This document shows, piece by piece, positions 1-11,843 of a DNA stretch of 64,000 nucleotides. Position 1 is the stretch's first letter. Every line of letters starts with the position of its first letter. The notes beneath the pieces are model-generated. The model was not told where the DNA came from, ran no database searches, and was given only the letters and a program-made list of their open reading frames with translations. The stretch is from Octopus sinensis (lineage: Eukaryota). The position numbers and the translations under genes are program-made. The DNA lies in assembly GCF_006345805.1 (NCBI RefSeq), contig NC_042999.1:38254001-38318000 (forward strand). The letters are read 5' to 3'.

Positions 1-95
1 CTGTATATATGGGTGTGTGTCTCTATATATGTATATAAATATACGTTGATACAGATATGTATTTATATACGTATATGTATACACACACACACATT

Positions 96-138
<43 letters not shown>

Positions 139-182
139 GTATCTCTCTGGATGCATGTATATAATATATATATATATATATA

Positions 183-507
183 GTGAGGGCGCGTGGCTTA
201 GTGGTTAGGGCATTCGGCTCATGATCGTAAGGTTGTGAGTTCGATTCCCGGCGACGCGTTGTGTCCTTGAGCAAAACACTTTATTTCACGTTGCTCCAGT
301 CCACTCAGTGGCAAAAATGAGTTAGTGTACTGTATTTCAAGGGTCAGCCTTGTCACTCTCTGTGTCACGCTGATTATCCCCGAGAACTACGTTAAGGGTA
401 CATGTGTCTGTGGAATGCTCAGCCATTTGCACGTTAATTTCACGAGCAAGCTGTTCCGTTGATCGTATCAGCTGGGACCCTCGTCGTCGTAACCGGCGGA
501 GTCTTTT
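183..507 (+). mobile_element. tRNA-derived SINE, full length
   Basis: tRNA-like head with A box TGGCTTAGTGG and B box GTTCGATTCC, central GTGTCCTTGAGCAAAACACTT motif. Near-identical to the reverse-strand copy at 21174-21502. Confidence 0.9.
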
Positions 508-547
508 ATATATATATATATTAATCATATATAACATATTTGCATAA

Positions 548-586
<39 letters not shown>

Positions 587-1918
587 ATGTCTACTCCTCA
601 TTTCGAGCACGAAGCTACAATATAAGTCTTCAAAGACAGTTGCACCCATACATTCTAAAATATAGCAGGCCTGATATTGTTCTGCGGAACAGGGAACAAA
701 ATTCATCATACACTGTTGCCGAAGCCATCAGCCCAGTAGCTATAATTAAATTCGAATTACAATTAAATTCAAATTTATTCGAAATGAATTCAAGTTAAAA
801 TTATAGTCAATCTTCATGTTAACAATATTAGTTAAATAAATAAGCATATAGAGTTAAATAATATTAATCAAAAATATATAAATAATGATTTTTCTTATAG
901 AAGAAACTCCATTAAGTAAATTTCAAACTTAAAACATTAGGATCGGTTTCCTACAATACATTTATTATGTGAAATATTTAAGGTAAAAAAATAGAGTAAA
1001 TAGAGTAAATACATACATACATTATTTATCTGTGAAAATATAATTTAGCTTAAAAAAACATTAATAAACTATAGAAGATCTTCAACCTTGTTATACTCTA
1101 ATATTTAATTACAAAACTATTTAAGAAAACAAACATTATTAATATTTTCAGATTTCAGTTCGCATATAATAATTATGAAATAATAAATACATAAATATAT
1201 ATATATAAATTGAAAGGTATATCGAATAAACGTTCCAATCGGTCAAAATAATTTTATATCATTCCCAAATTATCAAAAATCGAATATAAATATATATTAA
1301 AATATACCACCCACTGATAAAACCCAACAGTATAAAATATGCACGGAAACATGAATAAAAGGTGATCGAACCTAAATGAGTGTGAAGTTGAATTAAGAAA
1401 AATATATGGCATAAATTAATCCACGATAAAGGCCACGAAAAATCTTAGGCAATAATGCTAATACAGGCCGTGATGCTAATACACGTGTGCATGTGTTGTG
1501 TGTGAGGGAGAAATTTTGTGCCTGAGGTGTTTGTATATGTGTGTGTACTTGTGTATGTCTATTTGTGAGTATCTCTGTGTGCGAGTGTGTGTATGTGTTT
1601 GTATGCACGCATATGTGTGTGGAGGTAAAAAGGGAATGGTGTGTAAGGAAAAGAGACAACCGCATAGAAATTCGTAAATATATGACTAAGACAAATTACA
1701 ATGGCATTATATTTGAAAGCAATCCAGAGATAAATTTATTCAAGGCTCAACATACAGATAGAAAGGGACAGTCATTCACTGCTAAGAAAACCTACAAAAT
1801 TGGTTTCCTTGCAAGTTGAAAGAGAAGACTAGTTATCTCGGTGAAGTTGGAAATTGTTATTACGATAATCTTAATGGATCCATTCCTATGAAAATTGGAA
1901 TAAACTGAAGATCCCTAT

Positions 1919-2022
<104 letters not shown>

Positions 2023-3449
2023 ATTATATATATATATATATGCATATATATATATATATATATAGATATTATATATATATATGCATATACATACACACAC
2101 AGACAAATACATATGTATAAATAAATATGTATATTTCTGCGTGTGTGGGGCTATATGTTTGTATATGCATAAGATCTCATCTGTTAGATTCATTGAATGA
2201 CGAAGGGAACAACATAAGCCTCTGATTCTGCAGTAATACCCACCGCTGACAAAACCATATTTTCTGAAGCAGCTGAACGCCACAATGAAATCCTGACAAT
2301 CACAGTGTTTACCTATGATAGGTTTCATGAACAAAAGCACCCAAACTGTTTAAAACGCAAAAAGTACCTGCTTAAAGCAGTTTCTGTTACAATGCACTAC
2401 AAATCATACAGAAACGACACTAATTACCCAACATCCTCTTATTGTTCATAGATACCATACAGATTTTAGTAGAAGAATGAAAAAGTCATCCACACTTACA
2501 CGAGAAATCAAATCTATAGAAACGAAGCTATAAAGAACGAAGTGTCTTAATACCCACCATTTGTAGCCTAAAGTAGTTGCTACTCCAACAGAGCTAGTCC
2601 ATTTTTGTGAAGTGCAAATCGTTTAAGAAAAGGAAAAGACGCAATTTACAGAACAATACTTCAACAAATCGGAAACACGGGGTAAATATCTATATTACAG
2701 AATTCATATAAGATGTTTGTAGTAGGAATTAGAAATAGATAAATGCCTTCATTTTAGATTATTTACAGGATAACATTGACAGAAAAATATGATGAAGATA
2801 TAAATAATATTATTAACTGGACAATTATAGAGAATATCACAATTAACACTAGAGAAACGGTGTATGCGCTCTATGAAGTGCCTAAAAATGTACGACTTAG
2901 CAAGTATGTTCCCTTACTGTATGAGAGCAAATGATAATACGTTGTGGAAATTAGAATTTTGTTTCCAAATAGGGTCCAAATTTCAAAGACAGTACAATGC
3001 AGATCTCATACTAATTGCGAAGACGGGATAGAATTGTTAACATAAAATGTAAATAATTATGCAGATAGAGTAGGAAAAAAAAACAACATAAACCTAATGG
3101 AGCAATGGTATCACGTTTTAAAGGTTATTCAAACAAAGAATATAGAAACATAAAATATATGATAAGCAACAAAGGCGCAGATGTGACTGTCTGGTAGGAA
3201 TCTGTGTGGTTCAGTCCCGGCGAGCCATAAAGCCAGAATGTACTTTGCCCCAAAAGCCAATATAAGAATTTGTCTCATGATATCTACTGCTGTATAGTTT
3301 GTTCAAACATTATATTCACATTTAAGTGGGGATAAATAATATATAACAGTATTAATACTACCTCTGCCGCTAATGTATGCTATCTAATAACAACATAGTG
3401 AAGCCGGATATAATGAAGCAATCGACATATAACGATAAAGCAACCGACG

Positions 3450-3670
3450 ATTTCATCAGTAACGAAAATAGAAAAAAAACACGAATTATGGATTGAAACA
3501 TGATAAAATAGTATATCACGTGAGCTATTGTTTTCTTGTCCTATTACTGTGAAACTTTGTAATGCAACATCAGTAATAGGACAAGAACACAATAGCTCAC
3601 GTGATATACTATTTTATCATGTTTCAATCCATAATTCGTGTTTTTTTTCTATTTTCGTTACTGATGAAAT
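3450..3670. repeat. Foldback element: ~100-bp near-perfect inverted repeat with 21-nt loop
   Basis: 3450-3549 is the reverse complement of 3571-3670 with about one mismatch; the right arm runs into (TA)n. Confidence 0.9.
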
Positions 3671-3673
3671 ATC

Positions 3674-3706
<33 letters not shown>

Positions 3707-4080
3707 TATATATATATATATATATATTCAGAATGAGATAAAAATTCAAGATTGTGAAGATTTTATAACAGTTATAAATATGCGTTACCGCTGTTTCCGA
3801 GAGATTTATGATATCCCTTCATCGGAGATGGTGTGAGAAAATGGAACTCTTCACAACCTTGGATTATTATCTCATTCTGAAAAAAAAATTATACATACAC
3901 ATGCTGATATATGACCTACGTTCGACACTTTATTCGCATAATCACCGACCCTAGAGCTTAACTATGGTCTGTCCATAGCACCTACTCAGCATTACCTGAC
4001 ACCTTTGGGTCTTATTGACACCATTACCTCTCATAACCTCTCTGCCTCTGTCTCCTCCCTCTCTCTCTCCTTTCTCTTTC

Positions 4081-4152
<72 letters not shown>

Positions 4153-4445
4153 ATGTATAATATATCATACTGTAGTAAACTATAGGCCACACAGTGGAAT
4201 TTTGTATGCTGTATATATTATATAGAATTGTGTCATACATACCCTAAAGCTTACATTAAATTACTATTTTGAAATATATCGGTTCCCAATGTAATGCATT
4301 TCTGTGTACCGTATATCAATACATGATAAATATTACAGTGCAGTAACGTGGTAATCAATTTAAATGAACCTTACTGTGCATAAGCAAAATGGTTTGAAAT
4401 ATTGCTGCGCAAATTGTAGGAATGTTTTAATGTATTTATCTATCT

Positions 4446-4697
4446 ATCATAGATTGGCATATTTTGGTCATATTATGCGGAGAAAATCCCCGGAGAAGGA
4501 CATCATGCTCGGAATGGTCAGCGGCAAGAGAGGAAGAGGCCGACCAAGAACCCGCTGGCTTGACACCATCAAGAGTGATACTGGAATGGACATAGCCAAT
4601 CTGAAAGAAGCGGACCAGGATAGAACTGACAGGAGGACACTGGTCCATCGCGTAACCGAGAGTCGACTTCGACTGAGCGGATAGATAGATAGATAGA
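4446..4697 (+). mobile_element. RTE-clade LINE 3' fragment (5'-truncated)
   Basis: Frame LAYFGHIMRR..GKRGRGRPRTRWLD..VHRVTESRLRLSG* matches the RTE/BovB-type C-terminus. (GATA)n tail; 13-bp direct repeat TATTTATCTATCT at 4433-4445 and 4698-4710 (TSD). Confidence 0.85.
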
Positions 4698-4727
4698 TAT
4701 TTATCTATCTGTCTATATATCTATTTG

Positions 4728-4774
<47 letters not shown>

Positions 4775-4791
4775 GTCTGTCTGTATGTCTG

Positions 4792-4856
<65 letters not shown>

Positions 4857-5061
4857 GTATGTATGTATGTTGTATGTATGTATGTATGTGCCTGTCTGTC
4901 TATATATCTAGGTGTTTGCATGCATGTAAGAATATATTCATGTTTGCATGCATTGATACAAATACGTAAGTGTATATCTATTTATACAAATACTTAGCTA
5001 ACAACTCCACAAACACACCCACAGACAGAAATTCCCACATGTAGCAGATATATATATATAT

Positions 5062-5364
5062 GAGACCCCCATCAGTTACCCTCCAAGGCACAGGTCCGGG
5101 AAAGGTTGTTTTGTAGAAGGCTAGCAGTCACCCATGCATACTAGCCCTCTCTCTCCACACCACTCATTTTATCCAAAGGAAAGGCAAAGGCCGACACAGC
5201 TTTGCCAGTGATGTCACAACTCATTTCTACAGCGGAGTGAAGTGGAGGAACGTGAAATAAAGTGTCTTGCTCAAGAAAACAACACGTAGCTCGGTCCGGG
5301 ATTCGAACTCACAACCTCATGATCATAAGCTCCACTCCCTAACCACTGAGCCATGCGCCTTCAC
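5062..5364 (-). mobile_element. tRNA-derived SINE (same head/core as 183-507, different tail)
   Basis: Reverse-strand A/B boxes (plus strand AACCACTGAGCCA, GGATTCGAAC) and AAAGTGTCTTGCTCAAG core; 3' half unrelated to the 183-507 tail. Confidence 0.8.
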
Positions 5365-5431
5365 AATATGTGTGTATATATATGTGTGCGTGTATCGGTC
5401 GAAATGTTAGTTTATAATCCTTCTTATTATA

Positions 5432-5786
5432 GGGGAGGGGCTGGGTCGATTACCTCGACCCCAGTGCCGAACTGGTATTTATTTTATCGACCCCAAAATG
5501 TATGAAAAGCAAAGTCGAATTTGAACTCAGAACGTAAAGACGGGCGAAATACCTATTTGTTTACTACTCACAAGGGGCTAAACACAGAGAGGACAAACAA
5601 GAACAGACAAATGGATTAAGTCGATTATATCGACCCCAGTGCGTTACTGGTACTTATTTATTCGACCCCGAAAGGACGAAAGGCAAAGTCGACCACGGTG
5701 GAATTTGAACTCAGAACGTAGCGGCAGACGAAATACGGCTACGCATTTTGCTCGCCGTGTCAACGTTTCTGCCAGCTCGCCGCCTT
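5432..5786 (-). mobile_element. SINE dimer (head + ~180-bp repeated unit family)
   Basis: Head AAGGCGGCGAGCTGGCAGAAACGTT, B box GTTCAAATTCC, GCCTTTCATCCTTTCGGGGTCGA-type core present twice; unit junction at 5552/5553. Confidence 0.85.
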
Positions 5787-6134
5787 ATAATTGTCTGTAA
5801 TAAATAAATTAGTTGTAATGATAGATGTAGAAGCATAAAGAAGAGATTCAATTTCATCCACGTCAACTTATAAAATAGCAAGGTAAACAAAGCAGCGTTC
5901 TAGAAATTTTGGTAATAATTAAGAACAGACAAAAGGGAAAGTATAAAAAGATAAATGCTTATATAATCTTTTCATCAAAATCGACTTTTCGAGTTAACGC
6001 TACAACAATCATGATGTGTATGTGCGCGCGCACACACACATACACACACACACGCTCACACACACATCACTCTATATATTGTTTGTGTGTCTGTGTGTAT
6101 GTATATATATATGTTTGTGTGTATATATATTGCT

Positions 6135-6183
<49 letters not shown>

Positions 6184-6841
6184 TTATATATATATATATA
6201 TATATAATATATATATATATATATACACGCATGCACACACGCACACAGACACATGCATAGACACACACAAATATATGTATGTATATTCATTTTTATCAAT
6301 GAATATATATATATTGTTTGTGTATGTATATAGTTGTTAAATATATATGTTTGTGTATATATATATATATTTGTGTGTTTGTATATATACACACGCATGC
6401 ACGCACACACGCACGCACACACACATGCACACACACGCACACACGAATATATGTATATACAAACATTCCTATTTCATTTTTATCAATCTAAGTAATCTGT
6501 GTGCAGTATTTTTTTTAGCGTTCTCTCTCATTGAGAAACGTTTGCTTCTCAGTGTTGGCATATTTGAAAATCTTACGTAAATCTTTAACACCGATGAGAG
6601 ATTAAAGAAACTGAAATAAAAAGAATATTCAATTCAATGCATAATACGAAGTCAAAAGAATGTGAAAAACTAACACGAAAGGAAAATTTCGTTATGTTAT
6701 TTATCAAATAATAGTATTATTTCAAAAAGCTATTTAATGCAAGATTTTAAAACAGGTGATAGTAAATCATCGCATAGATAATAAGTGAAATGCGATAGAG
6801 TGAAAGATAATCACGCCACCATGCATATTTTCCCATGTATG

Positions 6842-6878
<37 letters not shown>

Positions 6879-6886
6879 ATATATAT

Positions 6887-7152
6887 ACGTTTATATATTT
6901 GTTGTGCAAGATTTTTTTATGTGAAGTCGCGTGTTGAAACAGATATTGTTATATTTCGGAATGGTCATTTTGCCAGTTTAGCCAATAAAAACACACGCAC
7001 TATATATTTGGTGTTATTTTACTTCAGTGTAATTTATTTTTTACATTAATCTTAATCTAATTACGGCCAGAGTTCTTTCGTCACACCCCTGTGACCGCAT
7101 CAGTGGTCCTTTGTTTTCTTCTTTCTTATTTGTGTCTCTCCTTCCTAACCGT
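6887..7152 (-). mobile_element. Short non-autonomous PLE-like element ending at (TA)n
   Basis: High-identity copies at 24164-24466 and 43022-43080; 3' end ATATATAAACGT abuts (TA)n; carries a hammerhead-like motif. PLE assignment is inferred. Confidence 0.65.
7065..7109 (-). ncRNA. Hammerhead-like motif, atypical core CUGAUGCG
   Basis: Minus strand GGACCA-CTGATGCG-GTCACA(gggg)TGTGAC-GAAA-G(AA)C-TC-TGGCC: stems I, II and a minimal stem III pair, but A9 is replaced. Confidence 0.4.
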
Positions 7153-7226
7153 CAGCCAATTTGTATTTCTAATGTATGTCTTCATTTGCGCATATATGTA
7201 TATGTAAGTGTAAATATATATATATA

Positions 7227-7302
<76 letters not shown>

Positions 7303-7397
7303 TTATGTATTTATCTATATGTATGCATGTTTCAACCGTATGTTTCTGTATTTAATATATATATATATATACATCTATATACATACATATACATATA

Positions 7398-7447
<50 letters not shown>

Positions 7448-7466
7448 CTATCTATCTATCTATCTA

Positions 7467-7542
<76 letters not shown>

Positions 7543-9605
7543 GGGCACTGTAACTGGCTCCCTTCTCGAGTAAATATTGTCTCTCAGCCGTGATGCTTAT
7601 CACTCAAAAATTGTGCCACCATCTTGGTAAAGTGCTTAATTTGCAGATTTATGTTTTTTTCCGGTTTGTCAATTAATTTACACTATATATTTTATGCGCT
7701 AGATTGTAAAATGAAATAAATGTAGCTACAACAAATCCTCACCTGATATTGCTTCTCGTTGTAGCTTCCTAGTATCCTGGGATGGTTATCTAATTTCAAT
7801 GCGGTGTGACCTTCGCTTCATTAACCGAAGAATCAGAAACAAGAAGACGGCGTTGACTTTACAATCAGGAAACAATCTTGAACACAGACTAGAAGAGTGT
7901 CAGCATCATTAGAGTACGCTTGTTAGTGTATTCTTGCTATCATATGTGTTCCTACCTCCAGTATCCACCAACGTTTCGTAGAAGAAACTTTAGCTATTTT
8001 TCACAAGCATCTTAGAATTGATATTACTCATTGACCGACTGACGCCAAGATAATCCATTTCGGGAGTTTAAATCCATGACAGGTCATAACTGTAAGGTGC
8101 AGTTTAGGATAGTTTAGCATAGATGATATGTGGAGTAATTTTGTTGTTCGGACTTAATGTTCCAGAACAAAATCTTGGTTGAGACAGTGATATAGCATAA
8201 ACTTTGATAGCATAAACATAGTACGTAAACTCAACATTTCTGATCTGCGTAGCGTTGACATTGATGTGACTCTAATTTAGTACGGCTCAGTACCTAGTTC
8301 GAGAAAAACTAAAATTGGTTCACACACATATGTTTACTCCAAGTCCCGCAAAGATTCTGAAAACGCTTACCGTTGAAAAGCACAGTAACGGTATTAGTCA
8401 AGCACATCAGCGCATTGTATCTAAAGGTGTGGTCATTAGTTGCGGGACTGAATATCCGTTTGAAAGAATGTAGAATGACGGATCTGCTATTGATTTGATA
8501 CTTGATCAAATTTTATGCATTTATATATTTTAAGACTGTTACTTAATCCATCGCACTCCTTTCTCGAACCGCTATCTTGCGTGGACTTCAACAAACCAAC
8601 AACTGTTGTAAGCGGTGGATGGGAAAAATACAGATACTCACAAATTATTTTCCTTTCTCTCTTTTTCACATACACATGCACCCATATACACACACATAAA
8701 CACACACAAAAAACACACACATATACACACATACATTATACACGCGCGCACACACACACTCACAAACACACACACTCACGCACACGCACATGGCGGGCAA
8801 CTTTCAGTTTACGTCTACCGAAACCACTCACCATTGAAGCTTCGGTTGGTCTGTGTCTTTTCTAGAAGACAGTTGGCCAATGTGCCACGCAGTGGGATGC
8901 TCCCGGGATCATGAGTTTGTGAAGCGAGCTTCTTACCACATCGTCGCATCCTTGTTTATAAGATATTTATATCGAATTTATATCTTTTAATATTTTTTTA
9001 AACTTTCATCTACATTCATAATATTTCTGCTGAAAGTACATTGTTATATAGTGTTAATATTTTTTCAAAAATTTGATAATTTTGTTTCAACTATGAGCAG
9101 CTTGCTAATTTCTTTTATTATATGAATACCACTATACTTGCGTATTTAATAATTTCATATTTCCTTCATATTCGTATTCAGTGAGCTCTTTTACCTTTTG
9201 ATTATATATTCCTTTTTTGTTTTGGTTTTTACTATTTGTCTTTCGCTGTTGTCATCACCATTACTAAATCTGCTGATGAAGCTACCACGCTTTTCACATC
9301 ACACTTTTATAATGTTTTGATTGTCGACTTCTTTGTCTGTTCATCTTTATTCATTATATTATATTTGTATAAATACAGGACGGACATTTTTTAGGCTATC
9401 TATTCGAACAATAATTTAATAGATGAAATTGTTTTCAAATTCATAAATGTCAACAGTATTGTGGTATTTTAGAATATATTATTCATATTTTTATTATCTA
9501 AGTTTTTATTTCATTATTTTTTCCCTTTTTTATTCGAGTATAATGGCATTAACATTTATTTCGTTGGATATTCTTGTAGTAGTAGTAGAAGTTTTAGTAG
9601 TAGTT

Positions 9606-9642
<37 letters not shown>

Positions 9643-9694
9643 TAGTAGTAGTAGTAGTTGTAGTAGTAATAATAATCATAATAATAATAATATC

Positions 9695-9728
<34 letters not shown>

Positions 9729-9786
9729 TTAATAATAATAATAATATCAATAATAATAATAATAATAATAATAATGATAATAATAA

Positions 9787-10120
9787 GGCGGTTACAATAC
9801 CAGTGATCGTAGGAGGACTAGGAATGATCAAGAAGGGAACCGAAAATTATATGAGAATGATCCTTGGCTTACCATCCCTGCAAGAAGTGCAAAAGATTGT
9901 CTTAACTGGTACATCACACGTATTGAGAAGAGCATTGTCGATGTAAGAACTGTTGCTGCTCATGTATTTTAATTTAACTTAAAAAAAAAAAAAAAAAATG
10001 AACGAACTATTGAGTTTGGTTTAATGGCCTACCAATGTATACTATGAGTTTCTTTGCCCTAGGAGTCGGGAAGACACTCGGCAAGAAATGGAAGCAAGTT
10101 TGAAAGAAGAAAAAAAAAGT
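9787..10120 (+). mobile_element. R4/Dong-like non-LTR retrotransposon 3' end in (AAT)n
   Basis: 9788-9946 reads AVTIPVIVGGLGMIKKG..LQEVQKIVLTGTSHVLRRALSM*, the end of a REL-endonuclease ORF. 3' UTR matches 38826-39044; (AAT)n on both sides. Confidence 0.8.
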
Positions 10121-10127
10121 AATAATA

Positions 10128-10159
<32 letters not shown>

Positions 10160-10176
10160 TCAATAATAATAATAAT

Positions 10177-10230
<54 letters not shown>

Positions 10231-10266
10231 CATATCAATAATAATAATGATAATAATAATAATAAC

Positions 10267-10303
<37 letters not shown>

Positions 10304-10323
10304 TCAATAATAATAATAATATC

Positions 10324-10359
<36 letters not shown>

Positions 10360-10367
10360 TTCTGCTG

Positions 10368-10549
10368 GAGGTGCAAGGCCTGAAATTTGGGATGTGGGTA
10401 GTCGATTACATCAACTCCAGCGCCTCACTGGTACTTAATTTATCGACCCCGGAAGGATGAAAGGAATTTGAACTCAAAACGTAAAAACGGACAATATGCT
10501 GCTAAGCATGTTGTCCGGCGTGCTAACGATTCTGCCAGCACGTCGGCTT
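10368..10549 (-). mobile_element. Degenerate monomeric SINE of the 5432/19058 head family
   Basis: Shares ACTGGTACTTAATTTATCGACCCC.GAAGGATGAAAGG and GAATTTGAACTCA with those copies. Confidence 0.75.
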
Positions 10550-10763
10550 ATTGTAATAATTATAACTATCGGGTCCGGGAATATTTCAGGGAATTAATGG
10601 TAAACTTATTGGGTTCTTTCCAAAAACCTTTACCAAAAAATCCTTAAAGCGTAGCCTGTGTTATGTCTGAATCAAAAAATAATATCTCATCTGGTAATCA
10701 TTGATAAGTGAAGGAAATTGGAATACGATGATTACTTAATCACTTTATATGTACACTTTATAT

Positions 10764-11117
10764 GTGGAGGCAGTGGACTCGCGGTTTCGATTCCCAGACC
10801 GGGCGTTGTGAGTGTTTATTGAGCGAAAACACCTAAAAGCTCCACGAGGCTCCGGCAGGGGGTTGTGGTGATCCCTGCTTTACTCTTTCACCACAACTTT
10901 CTCTCACTCTTACTTCCTGTTTCTGTTGTACCTGTATTTCAAAGAGCCGGCCTTGTCACTCTCTGTGTCACGCTGAATATCTCCGAGAACTACGTTAAGG
11001 GTGCACGTGTCTGTGGAGTGCTCAGCCACTTACACGTTAATTTCACGAGCAGGCTGTTCCGTTGATTCGGATCAACCGGAACCGTCATCGTCGTAACCGA
11101 CGGAGTGCTTCCACTCC
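10764..11117 (+). mobile_element. Chimeric SINE with 11-bp TSD
   Basis: 5' half matches 17165-17446 and 44283-44572; 3' half matches the tail of 183-507. ACACTTTATAT at 10753-10763 and 11118-11128. Confidence 0.85.
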
Positions 11118-11428
11118 ACACTTTATATACTTTATGCGCGACTCTATACATTTAATATAGAGCACTCTCCCTCTTTCTCTCTCACTCTTCGCCTTATCTT
11201 TATCTTTTTCCATTTATTTTTATCACTGTTCGCCTTTCCCATCAGCTAGTCACGTGAAAGCGTTACAGACGGGCAAAGTAACTCTGGAAATAGACTTAGT
11301 TAAAAATATACATTTCACTCACCACTATGTCTCCCTCCCCTTCCAATCTCACCTCTCGCCAACTTCTCCTCGACTCTCGTAACCACCATTCCCCGCCTCC
11401 ACATTTCCCCTTCTCTCCTCTTGCCTTA

Positions 11429-11780
11429 TGAGCAAGAGTAGTTGGTGGTGCATCATGACCATGTGTTGAGAGGTTTTTCCTCGGGATTCGAATAATACAT
11501 CTCTGGAAACATGGTTGTTTCGTTCAACATTCTTAAACAAACTTATTCCGGGACCTTTTGAGCGAGATGGGCTGATCTTCCTGAAAAAAAATTCTAACTG
11601 GCTCCCACTTGAAAGGTCATGAGCTGCTTATCTTCATGAGATCATCATGTCGCGCACATATATTTGTGATGCATGTAGCAAATGTATCGTTCTGAGACAG
11701 GTAGTCCTCATGGATATATTGGACTCCGTATATTTATATCCCAGTGTCACTTCATAGCATGCATTGCTCTCTCACTCAAT
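11429..11780 (+). mobile_element. TAA-tailed retroposon 3' segment (non-coding)
   Basis: Aligns by eye to the reverse complement of 38213-38759; both end CTCTCTCACTCAAT followed by AAT-type repeats. Confidence 0.7.
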
Positions 11781-11808
11781 AACAACAATGTTGATGATGA
11801 TGATGATG

Positions 11809-11843
<35 letters not shown>

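Noticed and set aside
183-258. tRNA gene (CAT anticodon-like loop)
   Set aside because: No proper acceptor stem; continues into a SINE body with other copies in the window.
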